Origin: Nitrososphaerota archaeon
GTDB taxonomy: Archaea > Thermoproteota > Nitrososphaeria_A > Caldarchaeales > Calditenuaceae
DNA: 64,000 nt
NCBI GenBank assembly: GCA_041641295.1
Contig: JBEPYO010000001.1
Location: 384,001-448,000 of the forward strand
Direction: 5' to 3'
The translations under genes and the position numbers were made by a program. Numbering within the stretch: the first letter of the stretch is position 1; each line of letters starts with the position of its first letter. Of the stretch, positions 1 to 10,119 are shown piece after piece. Under the pieces are notes generated by a model, which made no database searches, was not told where the DNA came from, and saw only the letters and a program-made list of their open reading frames with translations.

Positions 1-719
1 CGTACCGCGAGTTTCTCCACCTTGTCCCATAGGCCGAGCTCCCAGAATATCACTCCCGAATCATATTGCCGAGGATATACTAGCTCGATTTCAGCGGTTC
101 TGAGCAGCATCCTTGCGGAGACACCGATACTCGGTTTGACGAACCTCGCATAGGTGTCAGAGAAATACGCGAGAGTTTGATACCCAGGCCTTGGCGTGCT
201 ATTCTTAAAATGCTTGTCGAGCGTTCCACCCTCAGGTATAGGGAGTGGAGCGTCGTCTGCGAAATCCCCCACGCGTTTAAACAACCACAGAAGAGGCTTT
301 CCAAGCAGTATTCTCCTGAGGGGGGCTGGAGTCCTTGATAGGTATTTCACAACCGGCTCATAGTTCGCCACCACCCACTCACCCCTGCTCAACGATTTTC
401 CTCCAACGGCAACCGTGTAGGCGCGCCTATAGCTTGACATGACGGTTGGAATCGGGATACGGGCCGGGCAGACGCTTACACATCTCTGACAACCTATGCA
501 CAGGTCGATCAGCTCCTTGAAGCGCGGAGTAAATGGATATGGTGTCCCATTCTCAAGACTTGACTGGAGCAACACAAGCCTGCCCCTACTAGTCCTTGAG
601 GGGATGTGCCCGATACTGCTCAGAGTTGTAGGGCAGACCGAGTTGCAGAATCCACACCTTATGCATCTCTCAGCCTCATCGGCATAAACCCCCATCAGCT
701 CTCTAAGCCTGCTCGACAA
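1..719 (-). CDS. GlpC/GlcF-like Fe-S oxidoreductase, N-terminal part (runs off window start)
   Basis: Manual translation (not in ORF track): TTG 719 or ATG 695; CIRCGFCNSVCP and CIGCQRCVSVCP 2x[4Fe-4S] motifs, SRGR motif, then a degenerate CCG-domain start (YFSDTY..., QYDSG). Open to position 1. Confidence 0.8.
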   Translation of the reverse strand, partial: MSSRLRELMGVYADEAERCIRCGFCNSVCPTTLSSIGHIPSRTSRGRLVLLQSSLENGTPYPFTPRFKELIDLCIGCQRCVSVCPARIPIPTVMSSYRRAYTVAVGGKSLSRGEWVVANYEPVVKYLSRTPAPLRRILLGKPLLWLFKRVGDFADDAPLPIPEGGTLDKHFKNSTPRPGYQTLAYFSDTYARFVKPSIGVSARMLLRTAEIELVYPRQYDSGVIFWELGLWDKVEKLAV

Positions 720-871
720 TCCGAGAGACCAACTGATGACGGGCTTAATCGTCCTAAAAACCGTTCCATAGCAACACTTGCCGGGATAATCTCGAGGGGG
801 CGCGGATTATCTCCCGGCTTCAGGTTTATAACTCCGGCAGATATAAACAGTCTCAGCCAAGTGAGCGAAGA

Positions 872-1873
872 ATGGGGCATAGGAAATACTCCGCTCCGAG
901 GAGAGGGTCTCTGGCATACTCGCCAAGGCGGAGAGCCAAGTCTCCACTCCCCCGCGTCAACTTCTGGCCAGAGAGGAAAGACGGGATAGGCCTCACAGGA
1001 TTCATAGCCTACAAGTTGGGGATGGTCACGACCTTCATGGTTGATGATATTCCCGGTTCACCGACACAGGGGACTGAGGTTGCTACGGGGTGTACTGTAC
1101 TTGCCGCCCCACCGCTTCACATCATCGGCGTCGTACTTCTTAAGAGGGAGAATGGTTATCTGGTGGAGATCGGCCGGCACATAATCAGCGACCTGCCTCC
1201 TGAGGTTAGAGAACGTGTAAGAGGCGTCTCACCCACCTCAGTCGGTGTTGATGAGCTGAGATCTCTCCTTGGCAAGGCCGCACAGGTCAGGGCCCTCGCT
1301 GCATCCTATCCGAGAGAGGCTGGCCTCTCCCAAAAGAAGGCCATCATCCTTTCAATACCTGTTTCGGGAGGCGTCGAAGAGGCCTTCAACTATGTTGTAG
1401 AGAGGCTGGGTAAGCGTCTGCCGGTCGAGGAGGTCTTCAGGGAGGGCGAGTTTATCGATGTTGTAGGCGTTACTAAGGGTCATGGATTCCAAGGGGTTGT
1501 GAGGAGGTTTGGCGTCAAGATTCTTCCGCGTAAGCAGAGGAAGACTAGGAGGGCGGTCGGAGCTATTGGCGGAAGGAGCCCCAAGTATGTCACTAGGTTT
1601 GTCCCCCGCGCTGGGCAGATGGGGTTCCACTACAGGACAGAGTTCAATAAGAGAGTTGTTAAGATCTGGCCCGATGGCCAGGCCCCTGTTCCAAAGGGTG
1701 GATACATACGGGCTCCTCCACCCAAGTGCCCTGCGATCGCTCTGCTGGGTTCCGTGATGGGGACGCCCAAGAGGCCTGTGGTTCTCAGGACTCCCGCGCG
1801 GCATCCCCGCTACAGCCTCGGAGCACCAAAGCTCTCAGCCATAATGTATGCAGGCGAGGTGTTGGCGTCTTGA
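872..1873 (+). CDS. rpl3: 50S ribosomal protein L3
   Basis: HRKYSAPRRGSL, TKGHGFQGVVRRFG, VPRAGQMGFH motifs. Confidence 0.97.
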   Translation: MGHRKYSAPRRGSLAYSPRRRAKSPLPRVNFWPERKDGIGLTGFIAYKLGMVTTFMVDDIPGSPTQGTEVATGCTVLAAPPLHIIGVVLLKRENGYLVEIGRHIISDLPPEVRERVRGVSPTSVGVDELRSLLGKAAQVRALAASYPREAGLSQKKAIILSIPVSGGVEEAFNYVVERLGKRLPVEEVFREGEFIDVVGVTKGHGFQGVVRRFGVKILPRKQRKTRRAVGAIGGRSPKYVTRFVPRAGQMGFHYRTEFNKRVVKIWPDGQAPVPKGGYIRAPPPKCPAIALLGSVMGTPKRPVVLRTPARHPRYSLGAPKLSAIMYAGEVLAS

Positions 1874-2706
1874 CGCTCTTAGGCCAGCTTTTGAAGTCTG
1901 AGCAGGTCGTTGTCTCAGTGAAGGGGCTTGACGGCTCAAGCCGAGGCGAGGTCACCCTCCCCCGCATATTCTCTGCGAAGCTGAGGGCAGATCTGGTTCG
2001 GAGGGTGTATATTCACCTACTTTCTCACAGGTTCCAGCCTAAGGGCGCGTGGAAGGGTTCTGGCCACAAGTACTCGGTGGAGTCGCTCGGGCCGGGCTAT
2101 GGAATGGCGAGGATAGCTCGGCTCAAGGTGGAGGGGACTGGAAAGGCGAGGGGTGGAGGGTTTGTTCCGACGGCTGTAGGTGGAAGGCCGACCCACCCGC
2201 CAACGCCTGAGAAGAAGATACACAAGAATATCAACGAGAAGGAGAAGAGGGCAGCCTTAGCCTCAGCCATCGCATTCACCGCAAGCATCCAGCACGTGAG
2301 GGCGAGGGGGCATCGAATCCCTGACGGGATACAGCTACCCATCGTCATAGAGGACTCCCTCGCATCTGTAAAGAAGACCGCAGATTTGCTGAAGGTTCTT
2401 AATGCATTAGGGTTGGGCGAGGAGCTTGAGAGGTGTCGCGAAGTCAAGATTAGAGCGGGCAAAGGTAAGAGGAGAGGGAGGCGCTACAAGAGGAGGAGGG
2501 GGCCACTCCTGGTGGTCCACGCTGATGAGGGTGTTTCTAAGGCGGCCGAGAACATTCCGGGGCTGGATGTTGTCTTGGCTAAGGACTTGAGCGTACTAGA
2601 CCTCGCGCCAGGCGGCCACCCAGGCAGACTAACCATATACACTCTAAATTCTCTCCCCGTGCTCGAGAGGAGGTTGTTGGGTGATGGATCCACAGGCGGT
2701 GATTAA
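1870..2706 (+). CDS. rpl4: 50S ribosomal protein L4
   Basis: [29 protein letters not shown]; probable TTG start at 1870 overlapping the rpl3 stop (track ORF from 1726 is over-extended). Confidence 0.95.
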   Translation: MTLLGQLLKSEQVVVSVKGLDGSSRGEVTLPRIFSAKLRADLVRRVYIHLLSHRFQPKGAWKGSGHKYSVESLGPGYGMARIARLKVEGTGKARGGGFVPTAVGGRPTHPPTPEKKIHKNINEKEKRAALASAIAFTASIQHVRARGHRIPDGIQLPIVIEDSLASVKKTADLLKVLNALGLGEELERCREVKIRAGKGKRRGRRYKRRRGPLLVVHADEGVSKAAENIPGLDVVLAKDLSVLDLAPGGHPGRLTIYTLNSLPVLERRLLGDGSTGGD

Positions 2707-2944
2707 GAGGCTCGTAGTAACACAGGATGCTGTCTCGTTGATAGAGAGGGAGAATAAGCTGACATTTATTGTGGATAATAATGCGACTAAGAGGGATATC
2801 AAGATGGCTGTGGAGAGGATTTATGAGGTCAAGGTTGAGAAGGTTAACACGCTCATCACTCCGCGGGGTGAGAAGAAGGCGTTTGTCAAGCTGGCGCCTG
2901 ACTACAAGGCCTCCGACATCGCTACGAGGCTGGGGGTCTTTTAG
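2684..2944 (+). CDS. rpl23: 50S ribosomal protein L23
   Basis: NKLTFIV...[22 protein letters not shown]; L3-L4-L23-L2 order. Confidence 0.96.
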   Translation: MDPQAVIKRLVVTQDAVSLIERENKLTFIVDNNATKRDIKMAVERIYEVKVEKVNTLITPRGEKKAFVKLAPDYKASDIATRLGVF

Positions 2945-2955
2945 GGTGATTCTCC

Positions 2956-3672
2956 ATGCCTAGGCGTATCAGGGCCCAGAGGATTGGGCGCGGCTCTCCG
3001 ACCTATGTGGCTAGTATTCAGAGGCACTTCGAGGTGGGGATACCTCCAGAGCTGCCCAGGAATGGTGAGCTGATAACTGGGTATGTTAGGGATATACTTC
3101 ACGATCCGGGTAGGGGTGCACCAGTAGCTGAGGTTGAGGTGGACAACAAGGTCTTCTACATCCCCGCTGTCCAAGGAATGTATGTGGGCCAGAGGATAGA
3201 GATTGGGAGCAGGGCAACCCCCTCCGTGGGAAACATTCTGCCGGTGGGTGCTCTGCCTGAGGGTGCGATAGTCTCTACTGTTGAGCTCAGGCCGGGGGAT
3301 GGGGGAGTGCTGGCCAGGTCGTCGGGGGCATACGCATCGGTCATCTCTCAACTGGGCGACAAGACGATCATCCGGCTGCCCTCGAGAAAGCTGGTTGAGT
3401 TGAGCGGAAAGTGTCTCGCCGTAGTCGGGGTAGTCGCCGGAGGCGGTAGGGTGGATAAGCCTATGCTCAAGGCTGGGAAGAAGTACTGGTTGATGAAGGC
3501 GAAGCACAGGCCCTATCCGAGGGTTAGGGGTGTGGCGATGGTTCCGGCCAGACACCCATTCGGCGGAGGAAGTCACAAGAAGATTGGACGGCCTGAGACC
3601 GTTAAGAGGACTGCTCCACCCGGGAGGAAGGTCGGCCTAATCGCTGCGAGGCGTACGGGGAGGAAGAAGTAG
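2956..3672 (+). CDS. rpl2: 50S ribosomal protein L2
   Basis: HDPGRGAP, RSSGAYA, PRVRGVAM, HPFGGG, GRKVGLIAARRTG. Confidence 0.97.
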   Translation: MPRRIRAQRIGRGSPTYVASIQRHFEVGIPPELPRNGELITGYVRDILHDPGRGAPVAEVEVDNKVFYIPAVQGMYVGQRIEIGSRATPSVGNILPVGALPEGAIVSTVELRPGDGGVLARSSGAYASVISQLGDKTIIRLPSRKLVELSGKCLAVVGVVAGGGRVDKPMLKAGKKYWLMKAKHRPYPRVRGVAMVPARHPFGGGSHKKIGRPETVKRTAPPGRKVGLIAARRTGRKK

Positions 3673-3678
3673 CCAGCC

Positions 3679-4998
3679 CTAGGTTGTCCCCAGCTGCCAC
3701 TCTCTGAGATACTTTAACTGCTCATCGGTCAGAGACTCGAGTTTCACGCCCATGGATGCAAGCTTCTCCCGCGCAACCATGTCATCTATCTCCTGTGGAA
3801 GGAGGTAGACCCGCCTCTCAAGCCTCCCGCGATTCTCTACCAAATGCTTGACAGCGAGAGCTTGGAGGGAGAAGCTTAGATCCATCACCTCTGGGGGATG
3901 ACCCTCGGCAGCCACAAGGTTCACAAGCCTTCCATCAGCCAGCAGATAAATCTCACGACCATCACGGAGAGAGTACTTTGTTATGAGGTCGGATACTCTC
4001 TCTACTCGGATGGAGAGCTTGGCGAGGTCCCGCTTAGAAATCTCGACGTCGTAGTGTCCCGCGTTAGCCAGTATGGCCCCGCTCTTCATCTTCAGGAAGT
4101 GTTCTTCACGAATCACGTTGATGTCTCCTGTCGCTGTGATGAATATGTCGCCTATTGCCGCCGCCTCGCTCATGTCCGTGACTCTGAAGCCGTTCATGGC
4201 CGCCATCAGGGCCCTGACGGGTGAGGGCTCGACGACTATGACCTCACAGCCCATCCCCCTAGCCCTCATCGCTATTCCGGAGCCCACCTGCCCATAACCC
4301 GCAACCACAACCCTCTTTCCCGCTAGCAGGATTCCTGTAGCCCTCATGATACCGTCCAAGACGGACTGTCCGGTCCCGATCGGGTTGTCGAAGAGCCTCT
4401 TTGTGGGCGAGTCGTTCACGGCTATGATGGGGTATAGTAGCAGGCCTTGTGCCTCAAGCGACCTGAGCCTAGTTACGCCCGTAGTCGTCTCCTCAGTCCC
4501 ACCGTAGATGTGGGAGCAAGACCCCACTGGGTCGTCTAAGACCTTAGTAGCCCAAGACACACTCTCATCCCTCATACCGTGCAAGATCTTGTGTACAGTC
4601 GAGGTCAGGTCAGCACCGTCGTCGATCGTGATGGAGGGCTTCAGCTTGAGCGTCCACCCTATACACTCATAATATTCCTGAGGGCTCATACCACGGATGG
4701 CGTAGACCTTCACACCCTTGGAAGCGAGGGCTGCTGCAACATCATCCTGCGTGCTAAGGGGGTTAGAGGCGCAGAGAGCCACCTCAGCCCCTCCAGCCCT
4801 AAGCGTCTCAACCAAGACAGCAGTCTCCTTAGTAACATGAAGACAAGCCGCAATCCTCACACCCTCAAGAGGCCTCTCCTCAGCAAACCTCCTCCTAATC
4901 GAGAGACAAACAGGCATCAGCCTCTCAGCCCAAGCAATCCTCCTCAACCCCTGATCCGCAATCCCCAAATCCCTAACCCAAAAATCCCCCACAGCCAT
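3679..4998 (-). CDS. ahcY: Adenosylhomocysteinase (SAH hydrolase)
   Basis: [44 protein letters not shown]; ATG at 4998. Confidence 0.96.
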   Translation of the reverse strand: MAVGDFWVRDLGIADQGLRRIAWAERLMPVCLSIRRRFAEERPLEGVRIAACLHVTKETAVLVETLRAGGAEVALCASNPLSTQDDVAAALASKGVKVYAIRGMSPQEYYECIGWTLKLKPSITIDDGADLTSTVHKILHGMRDESVSWATKVLDDPVGSCSHIYGGTEETTTGVTRLRSLEAQGLLLYPIIAVNDSPTKRLFDNPIGTGQSVLDGIMRATGILLAGKRVVVAGYGQVGSGIAMRARGMGCEVIVVEPSPVRALMAAMNGFRVTDMSEAAAIGDIFITATGDINVIREEHFLKMKSGAILANAGHYDVEISKRDLAKLSIRVERVSDLITKYSLRDGREIYLLADGRLVNLVAAEGHPPEVMDLSFSLQALAVKHLVENRGRLERRVYLLPQEIDDMVAREKLASMGVKLESLTDEQLKYLREWQLGTT

Positions 4999-5237
4999 CT
5001 CCCACCAAACACAACTCACAACCTAATAAAGAAGACAACGTATAAGCGCTCAGTCATGAGTAGAACCGCATCAGAGCCCACACCAAACCTCTTCAACATC
5101 CGCCTAGCATGGCGAGTTAAGTCCCTATTATTATTGGATGGCGCTACTATAGAACAGCTGGAGACTGAGAGTGGAGATGCGTCTCTTGGGCTGGTTGTGG
5201 AGACTTATTAACTGGGGTGTGGCTCAGTCATGGTGGC

Positions 5238-5663
5238 ATGGAGCTGGCTTCGAGGGAGGCATATGAGAAGATGCTTGACAGGGTCTTGTCTAGGGTGCAG
5301 TCCAGCAGGGCTGATCGAGGGGAGCGGACCATCTCGCTCACACCGGAGATAATCCACGAGCATAGGCAGACAATCATTGCAAACTTCAAGCAGCTTGCGG
5401 ATGCTCTGGGTCGGGAGCCCCAGCACCTGGCCCGCTTCATATTCAAGGAGACGGGTAGGCCTGGAACGCTGGATGGTGAGAGAGCAATCTTGAGCGGACG
5501 GGTTGGTGATGAGGAGCTGGGGAAGCTCCTCCAGCTCTACTTTAAGGAGTTTGTCAAGTGCCCAGTCTGTGGGGGTATCGACACGAAGATAGTCTCGGAG
5601 AAGAGGTTCAGGTTCTTAGTCTGTGAAATATGCGGCGCTAAGACTCCTATCAGGAAGATATAG
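5238..5663 (+). CDS. Translation initiation factor aIF-2 beta subunit
   Basis: YEKMLDR N-terminal helix, TIIANF, C-terminal CPVCG..DT..CEICGA zinc ribbon. Confidence 0.93.
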   Translation: MELASREAYEKMLDRVLSRVQSSRADRGERTISLTPEIIHEHRQTIIANFKQLADALGREPQHLARFIFKETGRPGTLDGERAILSGRVGDEELGKLLQLYFKEFVKCPVCGGIDTKIVSEKRFRFLVCEICGAKTPIRKI

Positions 5664-5674
5664 CACGTCGGCTG

Positions 5675-5842
5675 CTAGTCAGGCCAGCCTCCACAGGCAC
5701 AGAAGCCGAACACATCTATTCTGCATCCACAGACCTCGCAGTAGCCCAGACCATATGAAACCTCATCCACTGGAACACCGAAGATATAGTCATGCTCATC
5801 TGAAAGCTCACGGCATATTTCATACACCATATCATCACCCAT
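5675..5842 (-). CDS. 55-aa acidic Cys-rich microprotein (putative Zn-binding)
   Basis: Manual translation MGDDMVYEICRELSDEHDYIFGVPVDEVSYGLGYCEVCGCRIDVFGFCACGGWPD; ATG..TAG, below the track cutoff. Confidence 0.7.
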   Translation of the reverse strand: MGDDMVYEICRELSDEHDYIFGVPVDEVSYGLGYCEVCGCRIDVFGFCACGGWPD

Positions 5843-6010
5843 GAACAATGACCATCCCCATAAAAGTACACGCGTACATGGTTATCTGTTTTATACGCCC
5901 CTCCCCCCTCTTTAAACCCGCCTGACATACTCGGATACGGCTCTTTGGTTTGGCTGAGTGCCCCTTTTTAAAGCCTTAAATACCCCTGCCAAGCTTTATA
6001 AAGCTCAGGG

Positions 6011-6595
6011 TTGGAACAGAAATATCCCGAACCTACAATCGAGATACAAAACGTTGTCGCCTCCGTCACCCTGAACCAGAGGCTGGACTTGAATGCTATT
6101 CAAAACGCGTTTCCTGAGGCCGAGTACAAGCCCGCCCAGTTCCCAGGCCTCGTCTTCAGGCTTGCCAAGCCTAAGACAGCGACACTGATCTTCAGTAGTG
6201 GGAAGATGGTCTGTACAGGTGCTAAGAGTGAGGAGGAGGCTGTCAAGGCCGTCAAGATTGTAGTGAAGCTTCTGAAGAGGGAGAACTTCCTGATTAAGGA
6301 GGAGCCGATAATCGAGATCCAGAACATCGTGGCCTCGATAGACCTCCACGGGAGGATAAACCTCATCCAAGCCGCCCAATCCCTTGAGAATGTAATGTAT
6401 GAGCCGGAGCAGTTCCCCGGATTGATCTACAGGATGTCGAGTCCTAAGGTTGTGATACTCATGTTTGCGAGCGGCAAGCTGGTCTGTACCGGTGCTAAGT
6501 ATGAGAAGGAGGTCTATGAAGCGATACGTATCCTGAGGAACGAGCTTATCGAGAAGGGGCTTATCACCTATATGGTCCAGTCGCAGGGAGTCTGA
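6011..6595 (+). CDS. tbp: TATA-box binding protein
   Basis: Two repeats: IQNVVAS...QFPGLVFR...IFSSGKMVCTGAK and IQNIVAS...QFPGLIYR...FASGKLVCTGAK. Confidence 0.98.
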   Translation: MEQKYPEPTIEIQNVVASVTLNQRLDLNAIQNAFPEAEYKPAQFPGLVFRLAKPKTATLIFSSGKMVCTGAKSEEEAVKAVKIVVKLLKRENFLIKEEPIIEIQNIVASIDLHGRINLIQAAQSLENVMYEPEQFPGLIYRMSSPKVVILMFASGKLVCTGAKYEKEVYEAIRILRNELIEKGLITYMVQSQGV

Positions 6596-6649
6596 TGCCT
6601 CGCGATATCGCGCCACGCATCTCTGAGTTGACTGGAGGTTGATGAATCG

Positions 6650-7150
6650 TTGAGTGGGGAGAGGTTGAGGGTCCTCATCGAGATGGGTGAGCTGAAGGCC
6701 GAGGCCGAGGGTACGGCAGAGGAAGTCCTAAGATTCGTCTCCAACTTTATTGGGCAACACCTGCCCGCGTACAGTCTAGCACGCCGCCTCGCTTCAGGCC
6801 CAGACCTCACCAAGCTGGTTGACGCCCTCCAAGACTACATCGCCTACAGCGAGGGGGAGGGACTCTACATCAAGCCCACAGCCCGCATCCTCTCCAACCC
6901 GCAGCGAATTCTACTCTACCTCGCGAAGAAGCGCATCGAGAGTCTCATGGGTCTCTCAGAGAGGGGAAGTGCAGGTGTACCTGAGCTAGTGGCGGCCCTA
7001 GGCGTGGGCGGTAAGACGGTTACGGCTAGACTTACGGAGCTTGCCCGTGATGGATTGGTTCAAAGGGTTGAGAGGGGAGAGTACCAGATCACGATGGCAG
7101 GCCTAGAAGAGCTTCTTAACCGCCTCAAGACGCCTGGCCAAGAGGGGTAG
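6650..7150 (+). CDS. Hypothetical protein with C-terminal winged helix-turn-helix
   Basis: ELVAALGVGGKTVTARLTELARDGLVQRVERGEYQIT is wHTH-like. Confidence 0.75.
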   Translation: MSGERLRVLIEMGELKAEAEGTAEEVLRFVSNFIGQHLPAYSLARRLASGPDLTKLVDALQDYIAYSEGEGLYIKPTARILSNPQRILLYLAKKRIESLMGLSERGSAGVPELVAALGVGGKTVTARLTELARDGLVQRVERGEYQITMAGLEELLNRLKTPGQEG

Positions 7151-7595
7151 CCTCCCCTTCAACCTCTCCAGACTTTTCAGCAGCCTCCTCGGCTGTCCTC
7201 TCAGAGGGTTTGGATGCCCGGTAGACGTATCTCTTAGGCTTCCCCTCGCGGATTAGGGCCTCCCGCCTGACAAGGTCGAGGAGGCCGTGGGCCACAGCTG
7301 TGGGGTCGTAGTGATATCCTCTCCGCGCCAGCTCGGCGACAACTTCGGATAGGCTCCGGGGGGTTGAGAACCACCCCTCCTCGACAAGCCTCTCTAATAG
7401 GTCGAGGCAGGTTGTTGTGCGGCGCTCCAGCCTCTTGGCCTGTACGGGCTGTGTAGCCTTGGCCTGCTGAATCCCTAGGACTGAGCGTCTTACCGCCTCT
7501 TCGACGTTTTCGAGGGTTGTCTCTATCTCGACGGTCATGTCTCCTACGGTCAGCCTTACTTTTACTTGTTCTTTATTGTTGGACATGTTGCTCAT
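7125..7595 (-). CDS. Hypothetical protein with winged-helix domain
   Basis: GWFSTPRSLSEVVAELARRGYHY...LLDLVRREALIREG..RYVY. Confidence 0.75.
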   Translation of the reverse strand: MSNMSNNKEQVKVRLTVGDMTVEIETTLENVEEAVRRSVLGIQQAKATQPVQAKRLERRTTTCLDLLERLVEEGWFSTPRSLSEVVAELARRGYHYDPTAVAHGLLDLVRREALIREGKPKRYVYRASKPSERTAEEAAEKSGEVEGEATPLGQAS

Positions 7596-7639
7596 CTTGC
7601 GCAAAATTAATAAGCAAGCACCACAGTTGGATTAGACGG

Positions 7640-8659
7640 GTGCCGGTGGACGTGGACAACATCTTGAGCAAGCTGAACACCATGAATAAACCCGTCGAGG
7701 AGGTATTTATGAGTTATATCGAGGACATAAACACCATCCCCCTCGCAGAACTAAACGGTGGGCTTAGGCCCTTCCAACAGACGCCAGAGTCGGTGGCTGA
7801 GCTGTGGGAGGAGAAGGATTGGGTTCCGCTCCACCTCGTAGAGCTGGATGGCCCGGTCATTACACTGGAGCCTGCGCCCCCCAAAGACATCGTGGCGGTT
7901 GACGCATCTGTGGTGCGGGTGGCGGAGTCTAGACAGGGACCGGTAATCGGGCTGAGGGCCGCCATCGTCTATAGGTCTCGCGAGGGTGTCTCTGTGAAGG
8001 TGATAGGCCCGGTCCTGAGGCTGGTGAAGCCCGCGTCGCCGCTTAGTGTAGGACACGAGGTGAGAGATGAGCTCAGATACTTTGAGAGACTTGTACAGCT
8101 TTGGGCCATCACTAACATTAGGGGAGGCCTCTACCTCTTCGACGGGACGCTTGTAGCTGGATACGACAGGTCCAGCAGCCTATTAGAAACTATCCTCGAG
8201 ACGGCTGACTACACAGGCCGCGCCATACTCGCCTTCTCCAAGGAGAGCCTGCTGGTAAAGGGAGGACCGGAGACGATGCTTAAAGACAGCAGCATATCAC
8301 CTCCCTATGTCCGGGATCTGACAGGACCCGTGAGATCTATTTGGGGTGGTATCAGGCCTCTGGGAAGTGTCTTTTTGGCGAAGCTCGCACCATCGCTCTA
8401 CCCATTCAGGGTTGATGCCTATCCTGCAGAGAGGGGGGTTAATGCCCTCTCATCCCTGCTCTCATCGGACGCCCTGATACATGGCTATCCAGAGACACTG
8501 GTACTTGCACACAGCCACGCAACATTCAGCTGGATGGATGTTGTGGCTATGCGAAGCACCCTCTTGGGGCAGACAAGCACCGCCGTCTCAAGCATCTTCA
8601 ATCAACGCCTGATGGTATTAACACCCTTCGAGCCGAGGAGCCATGAAGATCCTACGTAA
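7640..8659 (+). CDS. nurA: NurA-family nuclease
   Basis: VAVDAS, LFDGTL, AFSKES, GYPETLVLAH motifs; directly upstream of HerA; start probably GTG 7640. Confidence 0.82.
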   Translation: MPVDVDNILSKLNTMNKPVEEVFMSYIEDINTIPLAELNGGLRPFQQTPESVAELWEEKDWVPLHLVELDGPVITLEPAPPKDIVAVDASVVRVAESRQGPVIGLRAAIVYRSREGVSVKVIGPVLRLVKPASPLSVGHEVRDELRYFERLVQLWAITNIRGGLYLFDGTLVAGYDRSSSLLETILETADYTGRAILAFSKESLLVKGGPETMLKDSSISPPYVRDLTGPVRSIWGGIRPLGSVFLAKLAPSLYPFRVDAYPAERGVNALSSLLSSDALIHGYPETLVLAHSHATFSWMDVVAMRSTLLGQTSTAVSSIFNQRLMVLTPFEPRSHEDPT

Positions 8660-10091
8660 GAGTAACGGCACATTTGAGATACTCGCGCTTCCAGGCGACA
8701 CTGAGATAGAGCGAGGCGAGTACATAGCCGCTGTCGAGGGAGACAAGGCCCTCATACTCGAGGTTATAGATGTGGAGTATGCCGACATTCCAGGCCTCCT
8801 CGAAGACCTCCTCAGAGAGCTAACACTCCAGAAAGCCTCCATGACCATATATGACCCGCATGGCGTCAACTCTATCACCCTCTCAATCCGTGAGTCGAAG
8901 GTCATAGTTGCGAAGCTCCGTACAGTAGTATGGCGTGATGGTGTCAGGTTTAACTCTCTCTGGATTCCCTCAAGATTCTCATCCAAAATCCAGCGAATCC
9001 CTACAAGCGAGGTGTTAAAACACGTTAGGGGAGAGCCCAAGATACCTATCGAGATTGGAGAATCATTCGGCGAGCCAATAACAATAGATGCCGCAGACCT
9101 CGACAACTCATTAACAATTGTCACAGGTAGGAAGGGGACGGGAAAATCGCACTCTGTAAAAGTCCTGCTATACGAGCTTATTAGGCACGGGTGCTATGCA
9201 CTTGTATTCGATATTAACGGGGAATACTGCGGGCTCGGCCAAGCGAAGAAAGGAGAGTCTAACGATGTCGCCGACAAGGTGGTAGTGGCGAGACCTTGCA
9301 TAGACTTCAGAGTTGGTCTGGAGACCATAGGTATGGACGTGATTATGGACATCCTTGAGCACGTGTTCGCAACCCCGCAAAACAGCATAAGAGAGTTTGC
9401 GAGACTCTGGGAATACTTGGAGAAAAATGGCAAGCTCACCATCGAGGACCTTCTCGGCGAGGTACGTAGAGCCCACATGAACGAGGCGGTGAGAGACGCA
9501 TTGATGAGCAGGCTGCACGTCATACTTGGCTCAGGATTCATCATAGATGGAGACTACGACCCAATATACCAGCTATTTAACAGCAGGGAAGATGGGCTCC
9601 TAGTAGTTGTCGACCTGTCAAGGCTGAGGCCCATGGTGAGGAGGATGGTCGTCGAATACGTCCTCAGCGGGATTACAAAACACCTCTCAGAAAACTCTAT
9701 CCCACCACTCTTCCTAGTCTCCGAGGAGGCACACCTCTACGTAGGCGAGACATATTGGGAGGATATAGTCACGAGGATGCGCCACCTCGGAATCTCACCC
9801 ATCTTCGTGACCAATCAGCCCGACTCAATCCCAGAACTCATCTACAGACAGGCAGACAACCTGTTTCTCTTCAACTTTGTAAACGAGAACGACCTTGAAG
9901 CCCTCTCCAGATTCAGCCACGTGGACTCGGAGACGGTTAAGAGGATTGCTCCCTCGCTCGAGCTCGGCCAGGCCCTCATAGTCGGTAGCGTCGTGGGCAA
10001 CATACCGGTCCTCGTCAAGATTAAGGACATAAATGCAAGGGTTCTGGGGCGTACGAAGAGATTTTTTAAATCGGTGGAACAAAAGGTTTAG
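8643..10091 (+). CDS. herA: HerA-like ATPase/helicase (HAS barrel + FtsK/HerA P-loop)
   Basis: Walker A GRKGTGKS, FDINGEY, Walker B FLVSEEAH, RMRHLG, TNQP. Confidence 0.88.
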   Translation: MKILRKSNGTFEILALPGDTEIERGEYIAAVEGDKALILEVIDVEYADIPGLLEDLLRELTLQKASMTIYDPHGVNSITLSIRESKVIVAKLRTVVWRDGVRFNSLWIPSRFSSKIQRIPTSEVLKHVRGEPKIPIEIGESFGEPITIDAADLDNSLTIVTGRKGTGKSHSVKVLLYELIRHGCYALVFDINGEYCGLGQAKKGESNDVADKVVVARPCIDFRVGLETIGMDVIMDILEHVFATPQNSIREFARLWEYLEKNGKLTIEDLLGEVRRAHMNEAVRDALMSRLHVILGSGFIIDGDYDPIYQLFNSREDGLLVVVDLSRLRPMVRRMVVEYVLSGITKHLSENSIPPLFLVSEEAHLYVGETYWEDIVTRMRHLGISPIFVTNQPDSIPELIYRQADNLFLFNFVNENDLEALSRFSHVDSETVKRIAPSLELGQALIVGSVVGNIPVLVKIKDINARVLGRTKRFFKSVEQKV

Positions 10092-10119
10092 AGACGCCCA
10101 ACACTCCTCTACACTTGGA

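Noticed and set aside
5056-5211. 51-codon ORF upstream of aIF-2 beta
   Set aside because: No recognisable motif; may be chance in a divergent promoter region.
5927-5968. Weak hairpin (ACTCGG...CTGAGT) plus T-tract upstream of tbp, possible sRNA
   Set aside because: Pairing is short and no H/ACA or C/D hallmarks are present.
2941-6616. Long antisense ORFs (2941-3576, 4579-5211, 6005-6616) and similar shadows elsewhere
   Set aside because: They are antisense shadows of well-supported conserved genes.
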